64,000 bases of DNA from an uncultured Latescibacterota bacterium (lineage in GTDB: Bacteria > Latescibacterota > UBA2968 > UBA8231), in NCBI GenBank assembly GCA_958295495.1, contig OY282352.1, forward strand, positions 4,222,049 through 4,286,048. The letters are read 5' to 3'. Positions 9,962 to 19,327 of the stretch are shown here, in pieces. Numbering within the stretch: the first letter of the stretch is position 1; every line of letters starts with the position of its first letter. The position numbers and the translations under genes were made by a program. The notes beneath the pieces are model-generated. The model was not told the origin of the DNA and ran no database searches. It saw only the letters and a program-made list of their open reading frames with translations.

Positions 9962-10638
9962 CTCTTATTCAGCGTCTCCAGCCTACAAAGCCATTCGCCG
10001 AAATGCGTACATTTCAATCGCAACGTAGGCAATCCGATCTTCTCTGCAACAATAGGAGCCGCGGATGCTTTCATTCTCTCGTAGGCCGGTATTTCGCCGA
10101 TAATTCGCTTTGATGGGGCGGTGTTGTTTCCATCATTGACGAGCTCCGGCGAATCAAAACTGGCGACCATATCGACAAGTCGCCGTATTCCAGCACTGTC
10201 ATCAAACTGCAAATCGAGTTTCTGAGGGTCAGACAACAATAATGCCTCGAACTCGTGAAGCTGAAAATGCGGGATAAATCGCCGATCAGAAATGTCTTCT
10301 CCCAAAGCGTCCTCCAATACCTTGACCCGTCCGTAGGGGTCGGATGTCTGCTTCGCGTCTGTGTAGCCGGGAAAATTTGTCGGCAAACCGTACACGTCAA
10401 ACATGGTTGTGAAACGCACGTCCGAATTCCGATCTTCCTTTATCCAAGCATTGATATCCTTCCTAGCCTGTCCATAGCTCTCAATACCCCCACGATGCTT
10501 AATGTTGCGCCTCCGACTCGTCAGGACACAGCGAGCCTTCACCCAGACACCAAACCCCGCTAGATGCGGGCTTAAGATCTGTTTCACGAACGCTTCTTCG
10601 GTCTGCCCCTCAACGATGAAATTCAACCTGATGGCCAC
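9958..10638 (-). CDS. DUF4276 family protein (Toprim-like acidic motif), partner of the upstream ABC-type ATPase
   Basis: The translation LNFIVEGQTEEAFVKQIL...FTTMFDVYGL...HEFEALLLSD matches my memory of DUF4276. The likely start is GTG 10638, overlapping the ATPase stop (TAGTG). The longest ORF extends to 10701. Confidence 0.65.
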   Translation of the reverse strand: MAIRLNFIVEGQTEEAFVKQILSPHLAGFGVWVKARCVLTSRRRNIKHRGGIESYGQARKDINAWIKEDRNSDVRFTTMFDVYGLPTNFPGYTDAKQTSDPYGRVKVLEDALGEDISDRRFIPHFQLHEFEALLLSDPQKLDLQFDDSAGIRRLVDMVASFDSPELVNDGNNTAPSKRIIGEIPAYERMKASAAPIVAEKIGLPTLRLKCTHFGEWLCRLETLNKR

Positions 10639-11744
10639 TACGGTCGCCCTCCGAGCACGTTTTTTTCCCACAACTCGGAAAGCGAATAGTCTTCGAGCCA
10701 TTCTTCGAGGGCCTCGGCGTTTAGCTGGCTGAAAGTAGAACTGCGACCTTCGCGCTCGACGACGACTATATCCGCCGGCTCAAAGCAATCAACCAGTGCC
10801 GTGGATTGCGTAGCGACGATGACTTGGACCTTGGTCGATGCGGCGCGTATCAGGCCGCCGACGATGTTAATGGCATAGGGGTGCAATCCAAGTTCTGGTT
10901 CGTCGAGGATCAAAACGTCCGGCAAATCCCGTTCTCGCTGGAGGAGAAGAGTAACGAGCGATAAGACCCGCAACATGCCATCCGACGCCTGCGACACACT
11001 GAATACCTGATCGCTATTTCGCTCGCGCCAGTTCAGGAGAAGACGATTGTACTGTGGCTCCAACGCGAAATCAGAAAAGAAAGGCAGGATCAGCCGAATG
11101 GTATCTACGATCCGCTGATAGCACCTGTTGTCGTCTTCCTGCAAGCGAAACAGAACGGGCGCGATATTGGCAGCGTCCTCCTTCAACCATCGGTTATCAT
11201 CCACAACCCACTTCCCGCGTATGCGAGCAGTGTCTGACGTATTGTGGAATTGATACACGACGATTTTTTGCAGGAGATCTCGAATGACGCGAGCAGTCGT
11301 ATCTTGGCTGGCCTTAACAAGAAGTTGCGGAACGAGATGTCCGGCCCCTGTTTCGCGCCATGGCGCACGAGTAGAGTAATTCTTGTTAGAGAATCGGTAT
11401 CGCTCGTCCGCGAAAATCAACGTATCTCTTGCCGCATAAAAAAGCCGAAATGCGTACTGATTTTCGCCAGCATCGGTCTCAATCGTCAGTTCTGTCTCGA
11501 TCTCTCGGGTTTTAGCTGGGCCATCGTGCAAAAAGGTGCTGGCACCGCCTTGCTGACTCACGTAAAGCTGAAGATGGTCCGGGTCTGATAACGCCCAACT
11601 CATCATGCGAAAAAAAGAGATGAAATTGGATTTTCCAGCGCCATTGGGTCCAATCAGCACGGTCAAGGGACGAGGCTTGAAATCCCTCAGCTCTTGAATG
11701 GTCTTGAACCCTTTGAGGGTTATCGCCTCAAGCCTGTTTCTCAT
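10638..11744 (-). CDS. ABC/OLD-type AAA ATPase (AAA_15/AAA_21-like)
   Basis: Walker A GPNGAGKSN. The N-terminus ITLKGFKTIQELRDFKPRPLTVLIG is SMC/RecF-like. Walker B/D-loop VLILDEPELGLHP. H-loop-like VIVATQS. Confidence 0.85.
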   Translation of the reverse strand: MRNRLEAITLKGFKTIQELRDFKPRPLTVLIGPNGAGKSNFISFFRMMSWALSDPDHLQLYVSQQGGASTFLHDGPAKTREIETELTIETDAGENQYAFRLFYAARDTLIFADERYRFSNKNYSTRAPWRETGAGHLVPQLLVKASQDTTARVIRDLLQKIVVYQFHNTSDTARIRGKWVVDDNRWLKEDAANIAPVLFRLQEDDNRCYQRIVDTIRLILPFFSDFALEPQYNRLLLNWRERNSDQVFSVSQASDGMLRVLSLVTLLLQRERDLPDVLILDEPELGLHPYAINIVGGLIRAASTKVQVIVATQSTALVDCFEPADIVVVEREGRSSTFSQLNAEALEEWLEDYSLSELWEKNVLGGRP

Positions 11745-11820
11745 GTTCTACTTCCTCGAAATTTGTCGCGCGTATCCTCGTAGGCTTGGACAGCACCCAT
11801 TTGAAGCGGTTGGATCCATT

Positions 11821-12637
11821 TTAGCGTTGGTCAAAAGTTTCGCGGTAGAGGACGATGTCGGTCAGCGTTAGGTCGGCGGGGCCGTCGTAGTGGAATAAAC
11901 AATAGACATCTTGGGGCGAGGTCAAAACAAAGCGCAACTCGCTGGCGCGGCCGGCGGCGAAGGGGATTGACAGCCACCAAGGCGGATGGACGCCTTCGGC
12001 CAGCAGGGCCGCCCAGCGCTCGGCACCCAGCCGCGTCAAATAGAGAAAGATCAAGGGGACGCACAGACTAGCCAGCAACACCATGAACAGCGCCGCGGCC
12101 AGACGCGGGAGCCCCACCAGTAGGCAGGCACAAGGGCCGCAGAGAGGCCAATGGGATGTACCGAGTGGACTTTGCCCTCGGGAGAGGCGGGTGCCTTGTG
12201 GACCGCGAATTCGGTGACGTGGAATTCGCCGATATGTTCGGCACCGAGGTTGTTGGCCAGATCCATGTCGCCGTCGTGGAGCAGGCTTTGGGTAACGCGC
12301 AGGTAATGGCCCTCGTCGCCATGGAGCATGGTAATCTGGCAAAAGTAGAGCGCGTAGAGGAAGTAAAGCAGTAAGCACAGAACCAGTAGGGCAGCGCCGA
12401 TATACGCATCGGTGCGGGGGGAAACGCGCCCGCTTTCCGTCGGCAGATGCACATAGCCAAAAAAGACCAGTGCCACGGCCCACAGCGCATGCGGGGACCA
12501 GAGCAGGGTCAGGAAGGGAAAGAAGTAGGTGAGCGGATCACAGAGGGCGAGAAGGCGCAGAGGAGACCAAGCGCCAGCCCCAAGTCAAAGAGAAAGGGGC
12601 GGGCGGAGGGTCGCACGATGGTGTAAAGGGAGATCAA
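11821..12637 (-). pseudogene. Multi-frameshifted membrane protein gene (GT39/ArnT-like N-terminal region?)
   Basis: A sensible hydrophobic translation can only be followed by hopping across three frames. The first frame gives TLLISLYTIVRPSARPFLFDLGLALGLLCAFS. The second gives LTYFFPFLTLLWSPHALWAVALVFFGYVHLP..DEGHYLRVTQSLLHDGDMDLANNL..HPIGLSAALVPAYWWG. The third gives LPRLAAALFMVLLASLCVPLIFLYLTRLG..DIVLYRETFDQR. Confidence 0.4.
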
Positions 12638-12656
12638 AAGAGTCGCACGAAGAAGC

Positions 12657-13649
12657 TCAGTGGGACTCCATGTACTCGTCGAAGTCGATTACAGCGCCTT
12701 GGTCTGACGAGGCCCCCAAGGCGTTGATCAGGCCCACAGTGGCTAGATTGCGCGGGCCGGAGAAGGGAGGCTCCACATCGTTGAGCACAAAGTCGCGGAA
12801 GCCGTCTAAGAGGACTTCTTCGGGATGGGGGTTTTCGTCCATGGGTATGATTTCGTCTGCATCGGTGCCGGGGCGTCGGATCGCCAAGCCGCCGGATCCC
12901 TCTTCGACTGTGCCCTTCTCGCAGTCCAGCCGCCAGCTAGAGCCGCCTTTGTGGGTGGCGAAGGTGCATTGGAAGTTGAACGTGGTGCCGTTGTGGAACT
13001 CGATCCAGCCATCGATGGCCGCGCCGCCGCTGTACGGGCTCCAAGGCGGGTTGAAGCTGTGGCAGAACAGCCGTCGCGGCTCGGTGCTGAGCAGGTAGCG
13101 CAACTGGTCGAAGTCGTGGATGCCGCGCTCCCACAAATAGGCGTGTTGGTCCGCGCCTGAATGGTGAACCCGCGGGCGCCAGCCGTATTTGGTCATCAGA
13201 CCGAAGGAAGGCTGGCCCAATTCGCCGCTTTGGAGCAGGCGGCGGATGGTACGGACCGGCGGGTAGTAGCGAGCGTTTTGTGTGACGGCGACCTTGAGGC
13301 CGCGCTCGGCTGCCTCGGCGACGATCTGCCGCGCTTGGCCGAGGTCTTTGGTGAAGGGCTTTTCAACTAGCACGTGCTTGGAGGCGCGGACCGCCTCTAG
13401 GCATTGACCGGCGTGTAGGTCGGGCGGCGTAATAACGACCACAGCGTCTGCATCAACGGCTTGCAGGGCGTCGGCGAGCGCAGAAAAACACGCCTCTGCG
13501 CCCAAGCCGGTGATCTGCCGCGCCGTGGCGAGGTTTTCTGCGCTGACATCAACTAAGGCGACGGCTTCAAAGTCGGTGCGGTCGCGGAAGCGGTTCAGGG
13601 GCCAGCGGCCGCGGCCACCAGCCCCTACGTGGATCGTGCGAATCGTCAT
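12657..13649 (-). CDS. Gfo/Idh/MocA family oxidoreductase
   Basis: The product starts MTIRTIHVGAGGRGRW (Rossmann fold) and contains the VLVEKPF motif. ATG 13649 overlaps the pepA stop (ATGA). The Arg-rich 119-aa extension in the ORF track is discarded. Confidence 0.85.
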   Translation of the reverse strand: MTIRTIHVGAGGRGRWPLNRFRDRTDFEAVALVDVSAENLATARQITGLGAEACFSALADALQAVDADAVVVITPPDLHAGQCLEAVRASKHVLVEKPFTKDLGQARQIVAEAAERGLKVAVTQNARYYPPVRTIRRLLQSGELGQPSFGLMTKYGWRPRVHHSGADQHAYLWERGIHDFDQLRYLLSTEPRRLFCHSFNPPWSPYSGGAAIDGWIEFHNGTTFNFQCTFATHKGGSSWRLDCEKGTVEEGSGGLAIRRPGTDADEIIPMDENPHPEEVLLDGFRDFVLNDVEPPFSGPRNLATVGLINALGASSDQGAVIDFDEYMESH

Positions 13650-15133
13650 GATGGGCTCCAATCGAGGGCAAGTTGGGTCAACAGGCGCACGCCGATGCCG
13701 ACGCCGCCTCGCGGCACGTAGGGTTTGGCCTTTTCGCACCAAGCGGTGCCGGCAATGTCGAGGTGCGCCCAAGAGTAGTCGGCGAACTCGGCCAAAAGCG
13801 CCGCGGCGGTACTGGCACCTGCTGGCCGACCGCCTGAGTTTTTCATGTCGGCGATGTCGCTGTCGATCTGGTCGCGGTACTCGGGCCACAGCGGCAAGCG
13901 CCAGAGCCGCTCGCCAGTCTGCTCCCCGGCCGCGAGCAGCCGGTCTGCCAAGTCGTCGTCGTTGGCAAACAGGCCCGAAGCATGGTGCCCCAGCGCGGTT
14001 ACGCAAGCGCCAGTGAGGGTTGCCAGATCGACGACCGCGGCCGGCTCGTAGCGGGTGGCGTAAGCGAGTGCGTCGGCCAAGACGAGGCGGCCTTCGGCGT
14101 CCGTACTGATGATCTCGATAGTCTTGCCAGAAAGGGTGCGCAGCACATCGTCGGGGCGGAAGGCGGTGCTGGAGGGCATGTTCTCGGCGGCGGCGATCAG
14201 GCCGACGACCCGTCGCTTGAGGCCGAGCGCAGCCACCGCCTGCATAGCGCCTAAGACGGCAGCAGCACCGGACATGTCGGTCTTCATCGTGCGGATCCCC
14301 TCGACGCTCTTGAGCGAGAGGCCGCCGCTGTCAAAGGTGATGCCCTTGCCGACAAACACCAGCGGCGCACCCTCGCGGGGGCCGTGTTCAAGGACAATAA
14401 AACGCGGCTTGTTGGCACTGCCCTGACCAACGGCCAACAGGGCGTCCATGCCTAGCTCGGCCAAACCCTTGGTGCCGAAAACCCGACAGCGCAAATCGTG
14501 GGTTTTGGCCAAGCGGCGGGCCGTGCGGGCCAAGTAGGCCGGTGTAACTTCGCCGCCGGGGTGGTTGACCAAATCGCGGGCGAGGCAGGTGGCCTCGGCA
14601 AGGGCGCGGCCCCGCCGAACACCGCGCCGCGCCTCTTTGATCTTGGTCGAGTCGAACTCTACGATGCGCAGCTTGGCCAGCGACTGCGGGCGCGGCTGCG
14701 AGCGGTACTCGTCAAAGCGATAGGCCGCCAACAGCGAGGCTTCGGCTGCAGCTTGGGCGGCCGGCTCGACGGGCAGGTTGCCCGCGCCCGTGCCATGGAG
14801 AATGGTGGCCGCGCTTTTGGCACCTAAGCAGTCAAGGGTGCCGATGGCCGTGCCGGCCGCGCAGCGCGCCCGTTCGAGATCAAAGCCCTCCTGCTCGCCC
14901 AAGCCGACGACGAGGACGCGCGGTGCTGGGATCTGGCCGTGCGCGTACAGCAGCAAGGTCTGGCCGGCCTTGCCCTCGAAGTCGCCCAAGTCAATCGCCG
15001 CCGAGATTTGGCCGCCGAGGGCTTGGTCAACCGCACCCGTAGCCCCGCCTCGGCGCGCCTCGGCAAAGAGATTGACCACGAGGACGTCTGCGTCCTGTTT
15101 TTGAATGGCTCCCTGTATTACTTTAATATCCAT
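13646..15133 (-). CDS. pepA: Leucyl aminopeptidase, M17 family
   Basis: Motifs VGKGITFDSGG and STDAEGRLVLADAL (the NTDAEGRL motif), 495 aa. Confidence 0.9.
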   Translation of the reverse strand: MDIKVIQGAIQKQDADVLVVNLFAEARRGGATGAVDQALGGQISAAIDLGDFEGKAGQTLLLYAHGQIPAPRVLVVGLGEQEGFDLERARCAAGTAIGTLDCLGAKSAATILHGTGAGNLPVEPAAQAAAEASLLAAYRFDEYRSQPRPQSLAKLRIVEFDSTKIKEARRGVRRGRALAEATCLARDLVNHPGGEVTPAYLARTARRLAKTHDLRCRVFGTKGLAELGMDALLAVGQGSANKPRFIVLEHGPREGAPLVFVGKGITFDSGGLSLKSVEGIRTMKTDMSGAAAVLGAMQAVAALGLKRRVVGLIAAAENMPSSTAFRPDDVLRTLSGKTIEIISTDAEGRLVLADALAYATRYEPAAVVDLATLTGACVTALGHHASGLFANDDDLADRLLAAGEQTGERLWRLPLWPEYRDQIDSDIADMKNSGGRPAGASTAAALLAEFADYSWAHLDIAGTAWCEKAKPYVPRGGVGIGVRLLTQLALDWSPS

Positions 15134-15204
15134 ATCAGTTTACTCCAGTTTACCCTCGTTTGTTTGGCAACCTAGGTAAGCCCTCAAGTACTGTCAAGAA
15201 TGCC

Positions 15205-15933
15205 ATGGACCTGTTTCTGATCCGCCACGGCGAGTCCACCAACAATGCGCTGGCCGATGCTAGCCAGCGCGTCGCCGACCCCGAATTGACCCCTAAAGGC
15301 CGGGCACAGGCCGAGCGGGTGGCCGCGTATATAGCAGAGGGGTTGCACCTAGCCCCGGCCGAGCGCACAGAGGATCGGCCCTTTCTCGAGCGGCTTTATT
15401 GCAGTGCAATGATCCGCGCCCTGCACACAGCACGAGAAATCGGACGGGCACTGGGAGCAAGATCGGAGATCTGGGTAGCGACTCACGAGATGGGCGGCAT
15501 TTTCCTCGACCACGGCGGGGAGCGGGGAGCCGTTGGCTATCCCGGGCTGACGCGGGCGGAGATTGCCGTGCGTTTTCCCGCCAGCGTCGCATCGGCGGAA
15601 GTCGGCGAGGATGGGTGGTGGGACCAGGGCGTGGAGACGAATCAGCAGGCCCAGCGGCGCGCTATTGGCGTAGCCGCAGACTTGCTAGCGCGGGCGGGGG
15701 AAAAGACGCGCATCGGCTTGGTGACGCACGGCGGCTTTATGAGTCTGCTGCTGGAGGCTCTAGGCAATAGGCTGCGGAGCGCAGGCTTTTACGAGGGCTT
15801 TTACTACGAACACGACAACACGGCCATCACCCGCATTTCCCTGCGCCGCGACCCCGCCTTGGTCCTCGAATATGTCAACCGCACCGAACACCTGCCCGAC
15901 GAGTTGCAGCGACTCCGGCCGCCAAGGGCATAA
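15205..15933 (+). CDS. Histidine phosphatase (phosphoglycerate mutase-like) family protein
   Basis: LFLIRHGEST (RHG motif) and LVTHGGF. The start is moved to ATG 15205. Confidence 0.8.
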   Translation: MDLFLIRHGESTNNALADASQRVADPELTPKGRAQAERVAAYIAEGLHLAPAERTEDRPFLERLYCSAMIRALHTAREIGRALGARSEIWVATHEMGGIFLDHGGERGAVGYPGLTRAEIAVRFPASVASAEVGEDGWWDQGVETNQQAQRRAIGVAADLLARAGEKTRIGLVTHGGFMSLLLEALGNRLRSAGFYEGFYYEHDNTAITRISLRRDPALVLEYVNRTEHLPDELQRLRPPRA

Positions 15934-15947
15934 GGGGGCGCACCGCA

Positions 15948-17327
15948 ATGGATCACGCCGCCCTAATAGGCGATCTCGGCACCTTCCTGCGCCCAGACCA
16001 GTTGTTGACCTCGGACGAGGATTGCAGCGTTTATGCCTTTGACGGGACCGCCCTGCTGCACCAGCGACCCTCGTGCGTGGCCCTGCCGGAGAGCCGGGAG
16101 GAGGTCGCCCAACTCTTGGCCTTGTGCAACCAGCGCGGGGTACCCGCGGTGCCGCGCGGCTCGGGCACTGGGTTGGCCGGGGGGTCGGTGCCCTCGCAAG
16201 GAGGGGTCGCGCTCTGCTTGGTCCGGCTCAACCAAATTCTAGAGCTGGACGCGGCCAACCTAGTCATGGTCGTCCAGCCGGGGGTTCTCACTCAGCAGAT
16301 CGCCGACGCCGCCCAAGCCGCCGGCCTATTTTACCCCCCGGATCCCGGCTCGATCAAAATTTCGACTATCGGCGGCAATGTGGCCAACAATTCCGGGGGG
16401 CTGCGCGGGTTAAAATACGGCGTGACGCGCGACTACGTGATGGGGCTGGAGGTGGTCCTAGCCGATGGGCAGGTCTTGGAGACCGGCAACAAATGCGTCA
16501 AAGACGTGGCTGGTTTCGCGCTCAAAGACCTCTTCGTCGGCTCCGAGGGAATGCTGGGGGTCATTACCAAGATCGCGCTGAAACTGGTCCCGGCACCCAA
16601 GAGCAAGAAAACCTTGCTCGGCCTCTACGACGAGATGACGCAGGCCGCGGCCACGGTCTCGGCGATTGTCGCGCACAAAATCATCCCCTGCACCCTCGAG
16701 TTCCTCGACCGCACTACTATCGAGTGCGTGGAGGCCCACGCCGGCATTGGCCTGCCCACGGATTGCGAGGCCGTGTTGCTGATGGAGGTAGATGGACACC
16801 CGGCATCCGTCGCCGAGCAAGCCGCCCAGATCGAGGCCATTGCCCGCGAGGGCGGGGCCCGCTCGGTGCAGCTAGCCGCCTCAGAAGCAGAGGCTGAGCA
16901 ACTCGCTGCAGCCCGGCGCACGGCCTTTAGTGCGCTGGCGCGGCGAGCACCGACGGTCGTGTTGGAGGACGTCACCGTGCCGCGCAGCGAGCTAGCCGCG
17001 ATGGTGGCCTACGTGCAGGAGGTCGGCCAGCGGCACCAAGTGCGGGTGGGGACCTTCGGCCACTTCGGCGACGGCAACCTGCATCCCACCTTTTTGTGCG
17101 ACGAGCGCGACGCTGCGGAAATGGCCCGCGTCGAAAAGGCCATGGCCGAGGTTTTTGCCCACGCCGTGGAATTGGGCGGGACCATCACGGGTGAGCACGG
17201 GGTCGGCTTGGCCAAAAAGCCCTACTTACCGAGGCAAGTAGGGCCGGTGGGGCTGGAAATTCTCAAGCGGGTCAAGGCCGCCTTCGACCCCAAGGGCATC
17301 CTAAACCCGGGGAACATGTTCGATTGA
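15948..17327 (+). CDS. glcD: FAD-linked oxidase, GlcD/D-lactate dehydrogenase family
   Basis: PCMH-type FAD-binding domain (VPRGSGTGLAGGSVP) and C-terminal GTITGEHGVGLAK. Confidence 0.85.
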   Translation: MDHAALIGDLGTFLRPDQLLTSDEDCSVYAFDGTALLHQRPSCVALPESREEVAQLLALCNQRGVPAVPRGSGTGLAGGSVPSQGGVALCLVRLNQILELDAANLVMVVQPGVLTQQIADAAQAAGLFYPPDPGSIKISTIGGNVANNSGGLRGLKYGVTRDYVMGLEVVLADGQVLETGNKCVKDVAGFALKDLFVGSEGMLGVITKIALKLVPAPKSKKTLLGLYDEMTQAAATVSAIVAHKIIPCTLEFLDRTTIECVEAHAGIGLPTDCEAVLLMEVDGHPASVAEQAAQIEAIAREGGARSVQLAASEAEAEQLAAARRTAFSALARRAPTVVLEDVTVPRSELAAMVAYVQEVGQRHQVRVGTFGHFGDGNLHPTFLCDERDAAEMARVEKAMAEVFAHAVELGGTITGEHGVGLAKKPYLPRQVGPVGLEILKRVKAAFDPKGILNPGNMFD

Positions 17328-18688
17328 GCGACGACGGCCTAAACCTACTCAGCGGTCTGGATTACTCCGCGCTCCAGCAGTGTATGCACTGCGGCCTCTG
17401 CCTGCCGACCTGCCCGACGTACGACGCGACTCTGCACGAGCGCTCTTCGCCAAGGGGGCGGATCGCGATGATGCGGGCGATCGCCGATGGCGATCTGGAG
17501 GCGAGTGCGACCTTTGCCGAAGAGATGTACTTCTGCCTCGGCTGTCTCGCCTGTCAGACCGCGTGTCCGGCCGGCGTGGATTACGCCGCGCTATTTGAAA
17601 ACGCCCGCGCCGAAGTGGAGCGACAGGGCTTGCTCGACGGCGCGGTGCGGAATTTTGTGCGCCGTTGGATCCTCGGCTGGCTCTTTGCCAAACAGACGCG
17701 CCTGCGGGCAGTGGCGTGCTTGTTGCGCACATTCCAGCGCAGCGGTCTGCAAATGCTGGTGCGCCGCAGCGGCCTTCTCAGGCTGCTGCCCTTTGGCTTG
17801 GGGGCCCTAGAGCCGCTGGCACCGCAGATTTCCCCGCGCTTTACCGACCAGCTATATCGCCGCGGCTGCGGCCGGAGCTCAGTCGAAGGTTTGCAGCAGG
17901 CCAATCCGCCCGCACCGCGCTACCGAGTCGCGCTGTTGGCCGGCTGCGTCCAAGACGTATCCTTTGCCGAGGTAAACGCCGATACAATATGCGTCTTGCA
18001 GCACAATGGCTGCCAAGTGCTGCTGCCGGACGGACAGGCGTGTTGCGGCTCGCTGCACGCGCACAACGGCGCGGTCGAACAGGCGCGGCAACAGGCGCGG
18101 CTCAACATCGACGCCTTTGACGCTGAAAATCTAGACGCAATCGTCGTCAACGCCGGTGGCTGCGGCTTGCACTGCAAGCACTACGACCGTTTGCTGGCCG
18201 ACGATTCGGCCTACGCGGAGCGGGCCGTCGCGTGGAGCGAAAAAGTAAAGGACGTACACGAGTGGCTCGCCGACATCGGCTTGCGCCAGCCCCGCGCCGC
18301 AATGCCCCCACAACAGGTCGCCTACCACGAGTCGTGCCACCTCAAGCACGGACAGCGGGTTTCTGCGGCCCCGCGAGAGGTGCTCCAAGCCGTACCCAAT
18401 TTGGAACTCGTGCCGCTGTTAGAGGCCGACTGGTGCTGCGGCAGCGCCGGCATCTACAACATCACCCAGCCCGAGCTGTCTATGAAGTTACTCGACCGCA
18501 AGATGGCGCATGTGCGCGCGACCGGCGCGACCGCAGTAGCCACGGGCAACACGGGCTGCGCTATCCAGCTCCAGTACGGCGTCCGCCGCGCACGAGCGGC
18601 CGTGGACGTCGTCCACCCGGTGTCGCTTTTGGCCGCAGCCTATCGCGCTGAAAACCAAGGAGGAACGCAATGCAGCACTTTGGCCTAA
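17324..18688 (+). CDS. glcF: (Fe-S)-binding subunit, GlcF-like (two 4Fe-4S motifs plus CCG domains)
   Basis: CMHCGLCLPTCP and CLGCLACQTACP motifs, with cysteine-rich C-terminal halves. The TTG start overlaps the glcD stop. Confidence 0.85.
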   Translation: MSDDGLNLLSGLDYSALQQCMHCGLCLPTCPTYDATLHERSSPRGRIAMMRAIADGDLEASATFAEEMYFCLGCLACQTACPAGVDYAALFENARAEVERQGLLDGAVRNFVRRWILGWLFAKQTRLRAVACLLRTFQRSGLQMLVRRSGLLRLLPFGLGALEPLAPQISPRFTDQLYRRGCGRSSVEGLQQANPPAPRYRVALLAGCVQDVSFAEVNADTICVLQHNGCQVLLPDGQACCGSLHAHNGAVEQARQQARLNIDAFDAENLDAIVVNAGGCGLHCKHYDRLLADDSAYAERAVAWSEKVKDVHEWLADIGLRQPRAAMPPQQVAYHESCHLKHGQRVSAAPREVLQAVPNLELVPLLEADWCCGSAGIYNITQPELSMKLLDRKMAHVRATGATAVATGNTGCAIQLQYGVRRARAAVDVVHPVSLLAAAYRAENQGGTQCSTLA

Positions 18689-19014
18689 CCATTGAGCTGA
18701 AGGACGATCCCGAGCTGATCGCCCAGTACAAGGCATACCACGCCGACCCTTGGCCCGAGCCGCTTCAGGGCCTAGGCGAGGTCGGCATCACCGACATGAA
18801 AATTTTTCTCTTGGGGCGGCGGATGTTCATGTACATGACCGCCACCGACGAGTTCGATCCAGCCCGCGACTTTCCGCGCTACGTCGAGCAGAACCCCAAA
18901 GCGAAGGAGTGGGACGAACTGATGCGGGCCTTTCAGCAGCAGGTGCCCGAGGCCAAAGAGGGGGAGTGGTGGGCCACTATGGAACTCGTGTTTGACTTGC
19001 AATTGCACGTGTGA
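18670..19014 (+). CDS. rhaM: L-rhamnose mutarotase family protein
   Basis: The 114-aa product FGLTIELKDDPELIAQYKAYHADPWPE...MKIFLLGRRMFMYM...EWWATMELVFDL follows the RhaM/DUF718 pattern. Confidence 0.7.
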   Translation: MQHFGLTIELKDDPELIAQYKAYHADPWPEPLQGLGEVGITDMKIFLLGRRMFMYMTATDEFDPARDFPRYVEQNPKAKEWDELMRAFQQQVPEAKEGEWWATMELVFDLQLHV

Positions 19015-19020
19015 GAGGCC

Positions 19021-19185
19021 ATGAGCGCGAGAGTTGACATCCCTAAAGAAGAGATCGCCTCCTTCTGCCAGTTCCTAGGGCGGAAGGTAGATTTGCATAC
19101 CTTCGAGGGAGTCGCAAGGAGCCGTAACTGGCTGCTCGAGGAGGAGATACTTAGTTCAGCAGAGGCGGTATATGAGCGGACGTGA
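19021..19185 (+). pseudogene. MntA-type nucleotidyltransferase antitoxin remnant (internal deletion)
   Basis: The 54-codon ORF was read by hand. IPKEEIASFCQ resembles the MNT N-terminus, and LGRKVDLHTFEG...EEEILSSAEAVYER resembles the MNT C-terminus. The catalytic GS..R / DxD centre is missing. Confidence 0.35.
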
Positions 19186-19327
19186 TGACAGAGCAAGCCT
19201 AGTGGACACGCTGAACTGCGCTGAGGAAGCTGTCGTTTTACTCGGCGAGGCCAGCTTGAACGACTTGCCGCCGTTCATTAAGCAACTGAAAGCCATTCCA
19301 ACTTCCGACACAGGAGGCCAACTATGA
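19172..19327 (+). pseudogene. HepT (DUF86/HEPN) toxin remnant
   Basis: The 51-codon ORF MSGRDDRASLVDTLNCAEEAVVLLGEASLNDLPPFIKQLKAIP has a DUF86-like start and an IGEA-like segment. It has no R-x(4-6)-H HEPN motif. It overlaps the MNT remnant and the SDR start. Confidence 0.3.

Noticed and set aside
13650-14006. Arg-rich 119-codon N-terminal extension of the Gfo/Idh/MocA ORF.
   Set aside because: It overlaps the 3' end of pepA in another frame. The Rossmann motif follows directly after ATG 13649, which is coupled to the pepA stop.
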